Origin: Pseudomonas aeruginosa
Lineage (GTDB): Bacteria > Pseudomonadota > Gammaproteobacteria > Pseudomonadales > Pseudomonadaceae
Length of the DNA: 32,000 bases
Direction of reading: 5' to 3'
Assembly (NCBI RefSeq): GCF_001457615.1
Contig: NZ_LN831024.1
Location: 660,001-692,000 of the forward strand
In this document: positions 15,212 to 24,045 of the stretch, one piece after another
Numbering within the stretch: the first letter of the stretch is position 1
Layout of the letters: each line of letters opens with the position of its first letter
The notes under the pieces: generated by a model
What the model was told of the DNA's origin: nothing
Seen by the model: the letters and a program-made list of their open reading frames with translations, nothing else
Database searches by the model: none
Made by a program: the position numbers and the translations under genes

Positions 15212-16201
15212 GTGCAACCGAGTTTCCGTATCGTTGCCGACGGCACCGACGTCACCCAGCGGCTGAATGACCGCCTGCTCAAGCTGACCCTGCTGGACAA
15301 GCCGGGCATGGAGTCCGACAGCCTGACCTTGAGGATCGACGATCGCGATGGACAGGTGGCCTTACCCAGGCGCGGTGCGGTGCTGGAGGTTCATCTCGGC
15401 TATGCCGGCGAGCCACTGATGCGCATGGGACGCTTTACCGTGGACACCTTGCAGTGGGCTGGTCCGCCGGACTGCCTGACCGTCACTGCCAAGGCCGGCG
15501 ACATGCGCGGCAGTGGCAAGACGATACGCAGCGGAGGTTGGGAGGGCACTACCCTGGCTCAGGTCTGCCGCGATGTTGGCGCACGCAACGGCTGGCGCGT
15601 GGAGTGTCCGTTGCAGGTGGCGATCGCCCGGGTCGACCAGGTCAATGAGTCCGACTACCACTTCGTCACCCGTCTGGCGCGCCAGTACGACTGCACCGCC
15701 AAGCTGGCCGAGGGCATGCTCATGGTGCTGCCGCGACAGAGCGGGCAGAGCGCCACGGGGCGTCGGATCGAACCTTTGGTGTTGGGACGTGCTGACGTCG
15801 GTAGCTTCGACGTTACCTTCGACGACCGCAGCCTGATGAGAACGGTGAAGACCCGCTACCAATTGCCCGGCAGCGGCGAGGTCAAGAGCGTCGAGTTGAA
15901 GAACCCGAAGGCACCGGCTACGGCTATGGGCGAGCATGTCGACCGGCACCTCTATACCAGCCGTGGAGAGGCCGAGCAGGCGGCGAAGGCTCGCCTGGCG
16001 AGCTTCAGCCGCTCCAGCGCCAGTGTGCGCCTGGAACTGCCAGGGCGTGGCGACCTGTTCGCCGAGCGCAGCCTGCTGCTCCAAGGCTTCAAGGCGGGAA
16101 TCGACGGCGAGTTCCTGATCGACTCGGTGGAGCACACCTACAGCTCCAGCGGATGGACCACTGTCGTGCAATGCAACGGCGGCCGAGGCGGCAAGGGGTG
16201 A
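15212..16201 (+). CDS. Tail/baseplate hub protein, P2 gpD-like (329 aa)
   Basis: The GTG start follows GGAG at 15201-15204. FRIVADGTDVTQRLNDRLLKLTLLDKPGMESDSLTLRIDD is the typical gpD late-control/tail protein N-terminus. Confidence 0.9.
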   Translation: MQPSFRIVADGTDVTQRLNDRLLKLTLLDKPGMESDSLTLRIDDRDGQVALPRRGAVLEVHLGYAGEPLMRMGRFTVDTLQWAGPPDCLTVTAKAGDMRGSGKTIRSGGWEGTTLAQVCRDVGARNGWRVECPLQVAIARVDQVNESDYHFVTRLARQYDCTAKLAEGMLMVLPRQSGQSATGRRIEPLVLGRADVGSFDVTFDDRSLMRTVKTRYQLPGSGEVKSVELKNPKAPATAMGEHVDRHLYTSRGEAEQAAKARLASFSRSSASVRLELPGRGDLFAERSLLLQGFKAGIDGEFLIDSVEHTYSSSGWTTVVQCNGGRGGKG

Positions 16202-16233
16202 CGCCTGAAACCCATCGGAGTGCAGGAGGATCG

Positions 16234-16863
16234 ATGAAACTGACCGAGCAGCAATTGCTGCGCATTTTTCCCAACGCCCGCCTCGTCGCGGGCGTTTTCG
16301 TTGTGGCGTTGCAACGGGCCATGGACGAGAGGGAGATCGACACACCGGCGCGGCGTGCCGCGTTTCTCGCCCAGGTCGGCCACGAAAGCAGCCAGTTGAC
16401 CCGGCTGGTGGAGAACCTCAATTACAGCGCCCAAGGCTTGGCGGCGACCTGGCCGGGTCGCTATCTCGGCCCCGACGGGCAGCCCAACGCGTTGGCCTTG
16501 CGGCTGGCGCGCAATCCGCAGGCGATTGCCGACAACACCTACGCCACGCGCAACGGCAATGGCGACGAAGCGTCCGGCGATGGCTGGCGCTTCCGCGGGC
16601 GTGGCTTGCTACAGATCACCGGGCGTGCCAACTACCGGTTGGTCGGCGAGGCCCTCGGCGAGCCGCTGGAAGCCGAGCCCTGGCGCCTGGAGCAGCCCGT
16701 GCCGGCGGCCCGCAGCGCCGCCTGGTGGTGGGCCGGTCACGGGCTCAACGAGTTGGCCGACCGCGGCGAGTTCGCTGCCATCACCCGCCGCATCAACGGC
16801 GGCCTGAATGGCCAGGCGGAGCGCCTGGCGTTGTGGCAGCGGGCCAGGGCGGTGCTGTCATGA
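16234..16863 (+). CDS. lys: Pyocin lytic enzyme, GH19 chitinase-like endolysin (209 aa)
   Basis: AGGAGG at 16224-16229 precedes the start. RRAAFLAQVGHESSQL...NYS and GRGLLQITGRANY are GH19 signatures. It matches my memory of PA0629. The track's extension to 16153 was rejected. Confidence 0.9.
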   Translation: MKLTEQQLLRIFPNARLVAGVFVVALQRAMDEREIDTPARRAAFLAQVGHESSQLTRLVENLNYSAQGLAATWPGRYLGPDGQPNALALRLARNPQAIADNTYATRNGNGDEASGDGWRFRGRGLLQITGRANYRLVGEALGEPLEAEPWRLEQPVPAARSAAWWWAGHGLNELADRGEFAAITRRINGGLNGQAERLALWQRARAVLS

Positions 16864-17222
16864 GCCGGCTCGCTCTGCTCCTGCCGGCCGTGTTGCTGGT
16901 CCTGCTGGCCGGCGCCTTGCTCGGCGGCGGCCTGGTTGCCCGCCACTATCGTCCGCAACTGGAGGAGGCCCTGGGCCAACTCACTGCCAGCCGCGTCGCC
17001 AGCGGCCAGCTCGAGGCTTTGCTCGATGAGCAGCAGCGCGCGCTGGCGGCGGTGCGGGCGAGCGCCGAGAGGCGCGCGAAGGACGTCGAGCAGGCACTCG
17101 GCGAGGCCAGGGCACAGGCCGCGGAGCAGTATGCCGCGGCCGTGCGTCTGCTCCAGGAACCCGACATTGGCGTGGACTGCCAGGCGGCAGGTGCGGCGAT
17201 CGACCGGGAGCTGGGACTATGA
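16860..17222 (+). CDS. Rz-like inner-membrane spanin candidate (120 aa)
   Basis: The start overlaps the lys stop (ATGA). It has an N-terminal TM segment (LALLLPAVLLVLLAGALLGGGLV) followed by an Ala/Glu/Arg-rich coiled coil. Confidence 0.7.
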   Translation: MSRLALLLPAVLLVLLAGALLGGGLVARHYRPQLEEALGQLTASRVASGQLEALLDEQQRALAAVRASAERRAKDVEQALGEARAQAAEQYAAAVRLLQEPDIGVDCQAAGAAIDRELGL

Positions 17223-17476
17223 CTCGTCTCCTGCTGGGGCTTTGTCTGCTTTTCGCGGGCTGCGCAGCCTCGCCGACGACACCTCGCCCCGTGCGCGTCG
17301 AGGTTCCCCTGGCAGTGCCCTGCCGTGTACCTGACGTGCGCCCGCCGAGCTGGGCCGGCGCCACGCTGAAGGCCGGCGATTCGCTGCAGGCCAAGGTTCG
17401 CGCATTGCTCGCCGAGCGCCGCCAGCGGCAGGGCTATGAACTCGAATTGCAGGCGGCATTGCGTGCCTGCCGCTAA
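17219..17476 (+). CDS. Rz1-like outer-membrane lipoprotein spanin candidate (85 aa)
   Basis: The start overlaps the preceding stop (ATGA). It has a lipobox (LLFAGC) and a Pro-rich mature region. It is a separate gene, not embedded in the Rz-like gene. Confidence 0.7.
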   Translation: MTRLLLGLCLLFAGCAASPTTPRPVRVEVPLAVPCRVPDVRPPSWAGATLKAGDSLQAKVRALLAERRQRQGYELELQAALRACR

Positions 17477-17483
17477 ACCTTTC

Positions 17484-17513
17484 GGCCGATCCTCTCGGAT
17501 CGGCCTTCCTTCC
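17484..17513 (+). terminator. Hairpin at the end of the pyocin cluster (weak U-tract)
   Basis: The stem is GGCCGATCC (17484-17492), loop TCTC, GGATCGGCC (17497-17505), followed by TTCCTTCC. Confidence 0.45.
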
Positions 17514-17584
17514 GACATCCCGCTGTTGCACCCATCCTCCCCACTGGGCTATGTTCCCCAGCATGGCTCCGTGAGACCGCTATC

Positions 17585-17653
17585 GTGATCCACCTCAGCA
17601 GCATCATCACCTCCCTCATCAAGGCATTCGCCCGTTGGCGCTGGCGCGCCTGA
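17585..17653 (+). CDS. Candidate trpGDC leader peptide with two Trp codons (22 codons, GTG start)
   Basis: The ORF reads GTG ATC CAC ... CGT TGG CGC TGG CGC GCC TGA and encodes (M)IHLSSIITSLIKAFARWRWRA. The Trp codons are at 17636-17638 and 17642-17644. A possible promoter (TTGCAC 17526-17531, 18-nt spacer, TATGTT 17550-17555) lies upstream. The SD is weak, and I could not identify a clean attenuator hairpin. Confidence 0.3.
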   Translation: MIHLSSIITSLIKAFARWRWRA

Positions 17654-17823
17654 CTTCTTCTTCGCCGGCCTGGCCGGTCACGTCTCCCTGCGTCCCCCGT
17701 TTTCCACAGGCATAATGCCGACGATCCACTCCCCCTTCCTCCGCGAGCGCGCCGGGAACCGGGTGTGGCGAAAGCCGGGTGATGCGATTCGCATAAGAAT
17801 GAAATCAAGAGGTTACAGCCAGC

Positions 17824-18429
17824 ATGCTGCTGATGATCGATAACTACGACTCCTTCACCTACAACCTGGTGCAGTACTTCGGCGAACTCAAGGCCGAGGT
17901 CAAGGTGGTGCGCAACGACGAACTGAGCGTGGAACAGATCGAGGCCCTGGCGCCCGAGCGCATCGTCCTTTCCCCCGGTCCCTGCACCCCCAACGAGGCC
18001 GGCGTCTCGCTGGCCGTTATCGAGCGCTTCGCCGGCAAGCTGCCGCTGCTCGGTGTCTGCCTTGGCCATCAGAGCATCGGCCAGGCCTTCGGCGGCGAAG
18101 TGGTGCGGGCGCGGCAGGTGATGCACGGCAAGACCAGCCCGATCCACCACAAGAACCTCGGCGTGTTCGCCGGCCTGGCCAATCCCCTGACGGTGACGCG
18201 CTACCACTCGCTGGTGGTGAAGCGAGAGAGCCTGCCGGAGTGCCTGGAGATCACCGCCTGGACCCAACATGCCGACGGATCGCTCGACGAGATCATGGGT
18301 GTACGCCACAAGACCCTGAATGTCGAGGGCGTGCAGTTCCATCCCGAGTCCATCCTCACCGAGCAGGGCCACGAGTTGCTGGCAAACTTCCTCCGCCAGC
18401 AGGGCGGTGTGCGTGGGGAGGGCAACTGA
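17824..18429 (+). CDS. trpG: Anthranilate synthase component II, glutamine amidotransferase (201 aa)
   Basis: [19 protein letters not shown]...GVCLGHQ...VQFHPES is the class-I GATase triad. AAGAGG lies at 17808-17813. Confidence 0.95.
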
Positions 18430-18430
18430 G

Positions 18431-19480
18431 ATGGATATCAAGGGAGCCCTCAATCGCATCGTCAACCAGCTCGACCTGACCACCGAGGAAATGCAGGCGG
18501 TCATGCGCCAGATCATGACCGGGCAGTGCACCGACGCGCAGATCGGCGCCTTCCTGATGGGCATGCGGATGAAGAGCGAAACCATCGACGAGATCGTCGG
18601 CGCGGTGGCGGTGATGCGCGAACTGGCCGACGGTGTGCAGTTGCCTACGCTGAAGCATGTGGTCGACGTGGTCGGCACCGGCGGCGATGGCGCGAACATC
18701 TTCAACGTATCCTCGGCGGCGTCCTTCGTGGTCGCCGCCGCTGGCGGCAAGGTCGCCAAGCACGGTAACCGCGCGGTCTCCGGCAAGAGCGGCAGCGCCG
18801 ACTTGCTGGAAGCCGCCGGCATCTACCTGGAACTGACCTCCGAACAGGTGGCGCGTTGCATCGACACCGTCGGCGTCGGGTTCATGTTCGCCCAGGTCCA
18901 CCACAAGGCGATGAAGTACGCCGCCGGTCCGCGCCGCGAGCTGGGCTTGCGGACTCTGTTCAACATGCTTGGCCCACTGACCAACCCGGCGGGAGTCAGG
19001 CACCAGGTGGTCGGGGTGTTCACCCAGGAACTGTGCAAGCCGCTGGCTGAAGTGCTCAAGCGTCTCGGCAGCGAGCATGTGCTGGTGGTGCATTCGCGCG
19101 ACGGGCTGGACGAGTTCAGTCTGGCCGCGGCGACCCACATTGCCGAGTTGAAGGACGGCGAGGTACGCGAGTACGAAGTGCGTCCCGAGGACTTCGGGAT
19201 CAAGAGCCAGACCCTGATGGGGCTGGAGGTCGACAGTCCGCAGGCCTCGCTGGAACTGATCCGCGACGCTTTGGGGCGGCGCAAGACCGAGGCTGGGCAG
19301 AAGGCCGCCGAGCTGATCGTGATGAATGCCGGCCCGGCACTGTACGCTGCCGATCTGGCGACCAGCCTGCACGAGGGCATTCAACTCGCCCACGATGCCC
19401 TGCACACCGGGCTGGCACGGGAGAAGATGGACGAACTGGTGGCCTTCACCGCCGTTTACAGAGAGGAGAACGCACAGTGA
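18431..19480 (+). CDS. trpD: Anthranilate phosphoribosyltransferase (349 aa)
   Basis: ATG 18431 follows the trpG stop by 1 nt. [20 protein letters not shown] and [19 protein letters not shown] are TrpD motifs. The track's extension to 18320 was rejected. Confidence 0.95.
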
Positions 19481-20313
19481 GTGTGCCGACGGTTCTGCAG
19501 AAGATCCTCGCCCGCAAGGCCGAGGAGGTCGCCGAGCGCCGTGCGCGCGTCAACCTGGCCGAGGTCGAGCGGCTGGCGCGTAGCGCCGATGCGCCGCGCG
19601 GCTTCGCCAATGCCCTGCTGGAGCGGGCCAAGCGCAAGGAGCCGGCAGTGATCGCCGAGATCAAGAAGGCATCGCCGAGCAAGGGCGTGCTGCGCGAACA
19701 CTTCGTCCCGGCGGAGATAGCCCGCAGCTACGAGGCGGGTGGCGCGGCGTGCCTGTCGGTGCTCACCGACGTGGACTTCTTCCAGGGCGCCGATGCCTAT
19801 CTGAAGGAAGCGCGGGCCGCCTGTGCGCTGCCGGTGATCCGCAAGGACTTCATGATCGATCCGTACCAGATCGTCGAGGCGCGGGCGATCGGTGCCGACT
19901 GCATCCTGCTGATCGTCTCGGCGCTGGACGACGTGCTGATGGCCGAACTGGCGGCGACTGCCAAGTCGGTCGGTCTCGACGTACTGGTCGAAGTGCATGA
20001 CGGCACCGAGCTGGAACGTGCGCTGAAGACCCTGGACACGCCGTTGGTGGGCATCAACAACCGCAACCTGCACACCTTCGAGGTGAGCCTGGAAACCACC
20101 CTCGACCTGTTGCCGGAAATTCCCCGCGACCGCCTGGTGGTCACCGAGAGCGGTATTCTCAACCGGGCCGACGTGGAGCTGATGGAAGTCAGCGAGGTCT
20201 ACGCCTTCCTGGTTGGCGAGGCGTTCATGCGGGCCGACGATCCTGGCCTGGAGTTGAAGCGCCTGTTCTTCCAGGAGCGTGGCGGCGTGGTGCTGGGCGC
20301 CGATCCTGACTGA
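19477..20313 (+). CDS. trpC: Indole-3-glycerol phosphate synthase (278 aa)
   Basis: The GTG start overlaps the trpD stop. [14 protein letters not shown] and [13 protein letters not shown] are TrpC motifs. Confidence 0.95.
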
Positions 20314-20328
20314 TCCGCGCTGTCGAAT

Positions 20329-20368
20329 CCCATGAAAAAGGCCGGTTGCGACCGGCCTTTTTCATGGG
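20329..20368. terminator. Bidirectional intrinsic terminator between convergent trpC and vfr
   Basis: A perfect 18-bp inverted repeat: CCCATGAAAAAGGCCGGT (20329-20346), loop TGCG, ACCGGCCTTTTTCATGGG (20351-20368). The T5/A5 runs lie within the arms. Confidence 0.8.
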
Positions 20369-20374
20369 TGCTGT

Positions 20375-21019
20375 TCAGCGGGTGCCGAAGACCACCATGG
20401 TCTTTCCTTTCACATGCACCAGGCCCTGCTCCTCCAGGCTCTTCAGCACGCGTCCGACCATTTCCCGCGAGCAGCCGACGATCCGGCCGATCTCCTGGCG
20501 GGTGATCTTGATCTGCATGCCGTCCGGGTGGGTCATGGCGTCCGGTTGCTGGCACAGGTCCAGCAAGGTGCGGGCGACGCGTCCGGTGACGTCGAGGAAG
20601 GCCAGGTCGCCCACCTTGCGGGTGGTCTTGCGCAGGCGGTCGGCCATCTGGCTGCCGAGGGTGTAGAGGATCTCCGAGTCCTGCTGCGACAGTTCGCGGA
20701 ACTTCGCATAGCTGATCTCGGCGACTTCGCATTCCACCTTGGCGCGAACCCAGGCGCTGCGTTCCTGTTCGCTGCCTTCCTTTTCGAACAATCCCAGCTC
20801 GCCGAAGAAATCACCGCTGTTGAGGTAGCCGATGATCATTTCGCGGCCGTCGTCGTCCTCGATGAGGATGGTGACCGAACCCTTGATGATGAAGAACAGC
20901 GTTTCGCAGCGATCGCCGGCATAGATGATGGTGCTCTTTGCGGTGTAGCGGCGGCGGTGACAGTGTGCGAGCAGCTTGTCTAGGTGTTTGAGTTTGGGTG
21001 TGTGGGTAATAGCTACCAT
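20375..21019 (-). CDS. vfr: cAMP-binding virulence factor regulator Vfr, CRP family (214 aa)
   Basis: [25 protein letters not shown]...FFGELGLF...[27 protein letters not shown] carries a cNMP-binding domain and a CRP HTH. The upstream in-frame extension to 21187 was rejected. Confidence 0.95.
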   Translation of the reverse strand: MVAITHTPKLKHLDKLLAHCHRRRYTAKSTIIYAGDRCETLFFIIKGSVTILIEDDDGREMIIGYLNSGDFFGELGLFEKEGSEQERSAWVRAKVECEVAEISYAKFRELSQQDSEILYTLGSQMADRLRKTTRKVGDLAFLDVTGRVARTLLDLCQQPDAMTHPDGMQIKITRQEIGRIVGCSREMVGRVLKSLEEQGLVHVKGKTMVVFGTR

Positions 21020-21290
21020 GCCCGAGTCCCGAAAGAATAAAGAATATGCCTGACGTACAAGGCGATGTTTTTTTGAGTTCTTATGGAGAGACCTGCCAGG
21101 GCCCGGGAGCTCAGCGGAGAGCTCCCCCCAACCGGGCAGATCAGGAAGTGTGCCAGTAAACCGCGTCCAGCTTAACAGACGGGCCATGAAGGTCGATGTG
21201 ATTTTGCGACGCAGCTATCAGGACTGTGATCCCGTACTGTCCTTGGGCCCTGTGCTAAGCTGGCGCCCTTTGCCGGCGGGAGTCTGAACG

Positions 21291-21713
21291 ATGAAAGCGC
21301 GTATCCAGTGGGCGGGCGAGGCGATGTTCCTCGGCGAGTCCGGTAGCGGCCACGTGGTGGTCATGGACGGTCCGCCGGACCATGGCGGACGCAACCTCGG
21401 GGTGCGCCCTATGGAGATGGTCCTGATCGGCCTCGGCGGCTGCACCAACTTCGATGTGGTCAGCATCCTGAAGAAGGCGCGCCAGCCGGTGGAGAGCTGC
21501 GAAGCCTTCCTCGAGGCCGAAAGGGCCGACGAGGAGCCCAAGGTGTTCACGAAGATCCACGTGCACTTCGTGGTCAAGGGCCGCGGTCTCAAGGAGGCCC
21601 AGGTCAAGCGCGCGGTGGAGCTGTCGGCGGAGAAATACTGCTCGGCGTCGATCATGCTCGGTCGCGGCGGGGTGGAGATCACCCACGACTACGAGATCGT
21701 CGAACTCGGCTGA
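21291..21713 (+). CDS. OsmC/Ohr-family peroxiredoxin-like protein (140 aa)
   Basis: GVRPMEMVLIGLGGCTNFDVVSILKK...AVELSAEKYCSASIML carries the two conserved Cys of the OsmC family. Confidence 0.85.
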   Translation: MKARIQWAGEAMFLGESGSGHVVVMDGPPDHGGRNLGVRPMEMVLIGLGGCTNFDVVSILKKARQPVESCEAFLEAERADEEPKVFTKIHVHFVVKGRGLKEAQVKRAVELSAEKYCSASIMLGRGGVEITHDYEIVELG

Positions 21714-21736
21714 GACGACATCCGGTCATCATAAAA

Positions 21737-21791
21737 GGGGCGCAAACTCTGGCGGAGGCTTGATTGGCTCTGCATAATGCGCCCCTTTTTT
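21737..21791 (+). terminator. Possible terminator after the OsmC-like gene, with an unusually large loop
   Basis: GGGGCGCA (21737-21744) pairs with TGCGCCCC (21778-21785). The loop is 33 nt. A4 lies upstream and T6 (21786-21791) downstream. Confidence 0.4.
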
Positions 21792-22032
21792 CGTGCCGCG
21801 CGATTCCGTCGGGCGGCCGTTCAGTTCGGAAGATTCTTCCGCTCTGATAGACGTTTCCCGAGCCATCCCGGTCGGGTGACCAATGGCGCCAGCCGGCGCC
21901 CGTGCAACTCAACAAACCACAATCGCCATCGCGAAGAGGTGTTAACCGTCCTACGCAGGTGCGTCGTTCGCATCTGACGGGCATGCCCCAACCCTGCGGC
22001 AGAGCCGCAAGCAACCGAGAGAGTTCCCCACG

Positions 22033-22827
22033 GTGAAAAGCAAACTCAAGCTCCACGGGTTCAACAACCTGACGAAGACCTTGAGCTTCAACATCTACGA
22101 CATCTGCTACGCCGAGACGCCCGAAGACCTCCAGGCCTACGTGCAGTACATCGACGAAGAGTATGACGCGGAGCGTCTGACGCAGATTCTTACCGATGTT
22201 GTCGACATCATCGGCGCCAATATCCTGAACATCGCGCGTCAGGACTACGACCCCCAGGGCGCCAGCGTGACCATCCTGATCTCCGAGCAGCCGGTCACTC
22301 CGACCGACAGCCAGATCGAAGAGTCCCCGGGCCCGCTGCCGGACACCATCCTGGCGCACCTGGACAAGAGCCACATCACCGTACATACCTACCCGGAAAT
22401 CCATCCGGTGGACGGCATCGCGACCTTCCGCGTGGACATCGACGTTTCCACCTGCGGAGTGATCTCCCCGCTGAAGGCCCTGAACTACCTGATCCACCAG
22501 TTCGACTCGGACATCGTCACGGTCGACTATCGGGTCCGCGGCTTCACCCGCGACATCGAGGGGCGCAAGCATTTCATCGACCACGAGATCAACTCGATCC
22601 AGAACTATCTCTCCGACGACACGCGCGAGGCCTACCAGATGACCGACGTGAACGTGTACCAGGAGAACCTGTTCCACACCAAGATGCTGCTCAAGGACTT
22701 CGAACTGGAGAACTACCTGTTCGGCGACGCTACCCGGACGCTCTCGGCGGAACAGCGTGAGCAGGTCACGGAACGGCTCAAGCACGAAATGCTGGAGATC
22801 TTCTACGCGCGCAACATGCCGCGCTGA
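22033..22827 (+). CDS. speD: S-adenosylmethionine decarboxylase proenzyme (264 aa, GTG start)
   Basis: (M)[26 protein letters not shown] closely parallels the E. coli SpeD N-terminus. The processing-site region ...[13 protein letters not shown] is present. Confidence 0.93.
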   Translation: MKSKLKLHGFNNLTKTLSFNIYDICYAETPEDLQAYVQYIDEEYDAERLTQILTDVVDIIGANILNIARQDYDPQGASVTILISEQPVTPTDSQIEESPGPLPDTILAHLDKSHITVHTYPEIHPVDGIATFRVDIDVSTCGVISPLKALNYLIHQFDSDIVTVDYRVRGFTRDIEGRKHFIDHEINSIQNYLSDDTREAYQMTDVNVYQENLFHTKMLLKDFELENYLFGDATRTLSAEQREQVTERLKHEMLEIFYARNMPR

Positions 22828-22842
22828 TCGCACACGAGAAAG

Positions 22843-22869
22843 AAAAAGCCCGCTTCGAGCGGGCTTTTT
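22843..22869. terminator. Bidirectional intrinsic terminator between convergent speD and coq7
   Basis: The structure is A5 (22843-22847), GCCCGC (22848-22853), loop TTCGA, GCGGGC (22859-22864), T5 (22865-22869). Confidence 0.8.
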
Positions 22870-22881
22870 CATGCGTGCGAT

Positions 22882-23529
22882 TCAGATGCGGTAGGTGCTC
22901 TTGGTCATCACCTTCGCCAGCAGGCTCATGCCCAGCTTCACCGGTGCCGGGAAGCGCAGGCCGCCGGCGGCCAGGGCGTTGCTCGAATGCTGTTCCTCGT
23001 CGATACGCATCTGCTCGAGGATGGCACGGGATTTCCGATCCTCCTGGGGAATCTGCGCCAGGTGTTCGTCCAGATGCTTGCACACCTGGTCTTCGGTGGC
23101 GGCGACGAAGCCCAGGCTGACCCGGTCGCTGACCAGCCCGGCGGCGGCACCGACGCCGAAGGACAGGCCGTAGAAGATCGGATTGAGGACGCTGGGACGG
23201 CTGCCCAACTGGCGGATGCGTTGCTCGCACCAGGCCAGGTGGTCGATCTCCTCCTCGGCGGCTTCCTCCATCGCCTCGCGGACCTCGGGCAGCTTGGCGG
23301 TCAGCGACTGGCCCTGGTACAGCGCCTGGGCGCAGACCTCGCCGGTGTGGTTGATGCGCATCAGGCCGGCGATATGGCGGGTGTCTTCCTCGCTCAGTTC
23401 GCCATCGGGTTCCACGATGGCCGGCGACGGTCGCGCCGGCTGGCCGCTGAACGGCAGCAGGGTGCGCAGGGCGGAGTCGGCCTGCAGCAGGAAACGGTCG
23501 ATGGGCGAATAGTGGCGGTCGGCGGACAT
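22882..23529 (-). CDS. coq7: Demethoxyubiquinone hydroxylase, Coq7 family di-iron protein (215 aa)
   Basis: The ferritin-like di-iron motifs are [31 protein letters not shown] and DEEQHSSNA. Confidence 0.9.
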   Translation of the reverse strand: MSADRHYSPIDRFLLQADSALRTLLPFSGQPARPSPAIVEPDGELSEEDTRHIAGLMRINHTGEVCAQALYQGQSLTAKLPEVREAMEEAAEEEIDHLAWCEQRIRQLGSRPSVLNPIFYGLSFGVGAAAGLVSDRVSLGFVAATEDQVCKHLDEHLAQIPQEDRKSRAILEQMRIDEEQHSSNALAAGGLRFPAPVKLGMSLLAKVMTKSTYRI

Positions 23530-23628
23530 GGCGCACCTCCGGAAACGAAAGATCGCACCAGTTTACCGGAAGTGCGCTGATAGCAGGATGTTGCGGACGG
23601 GCTGCGATGTCGCAGCGCCAGCAGGGAT

Positions 23629-23967
23629 TCAACCCGGCGGCCAGTGCATCTGGCGTTGACCCAGCACGTGCATGTGGATGTGGTGCACGGTCTGCCCGCC
23701 AAGGTCGTTGCAGTTCATCACCACACGGAAGCCTTCCTCGCAGCCCTGCTCCCGGGCCAGGCGCTGGGCGGTGAAGAGGATATGGCCTGCCAGCGGCCGG
23801 TCGGCCTCGGTCAGGTGCTCGAGGGTGGGAATGTGCCTTTTCGGGATGACCAGGAAGTGCACCGGCGCCTGCGGGCCGATATCGTGAAACGCGACAACTT
23901 CCTCGTCTTCGTAGAACTTGCGCGCGGGAACTTCCCCCGCCACGATCTTGCAGAACAGACAGTCCAT
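23629..23967 (-). CDS. HIT-family (histidine triad) nucleotide hydrolase (112 aa)
   Basis: MDCLFCKIVAGEVPA... with the HIT motif QTVHHIHMHVLG. GGAGG precedes the ATG. The long upstream extension to 24612 was rejected. Confidence 0.9.
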   Translation of the reverse strand: MDCLFCKIVAGEVPARKFYEDEEVVAFHDIGPQAPVHFLVIPKRHIPTLEHLTEADRPLAGHILFTAQRLAREQGCEEGFRVVMNCNDLGGQTVHHIHMHVLGQRQMHWPPG

Positions 23968-24045
23968 GGGCGATTCCTCCGGCCTCGGGTGCTTTCCCGA
24001 GTGTAGCGGTGCCCGTCGCGACCGCCCAAGCGTGAAGGAGCCGCA

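Noticed and set aside
17654-17823. A canonical trp attenuator (3:4 terminator hairpin) downstream of the candidate leader peptide.
   Set aside because: I could not find a GC stem followed by a U-tract. The palindromes present (CCGGCCTGGCCGG, ATGCG-ATT-CGCAT, GGC-GAAA-GCC) lack T-runs, so no terminator feature was called.
21197-21240. TGTGA half-sites (21197-21201 and 21225-21229) in the vfr / OsmC-like divergent region as Vfr/CRP autoregulatory sites.
   Set aside because: The partner half-sites 6 nt downstream (GACGC, ACTGT) match TCACA at 1 of 5 positions at most. That is not enough to call a site from sequence alone.
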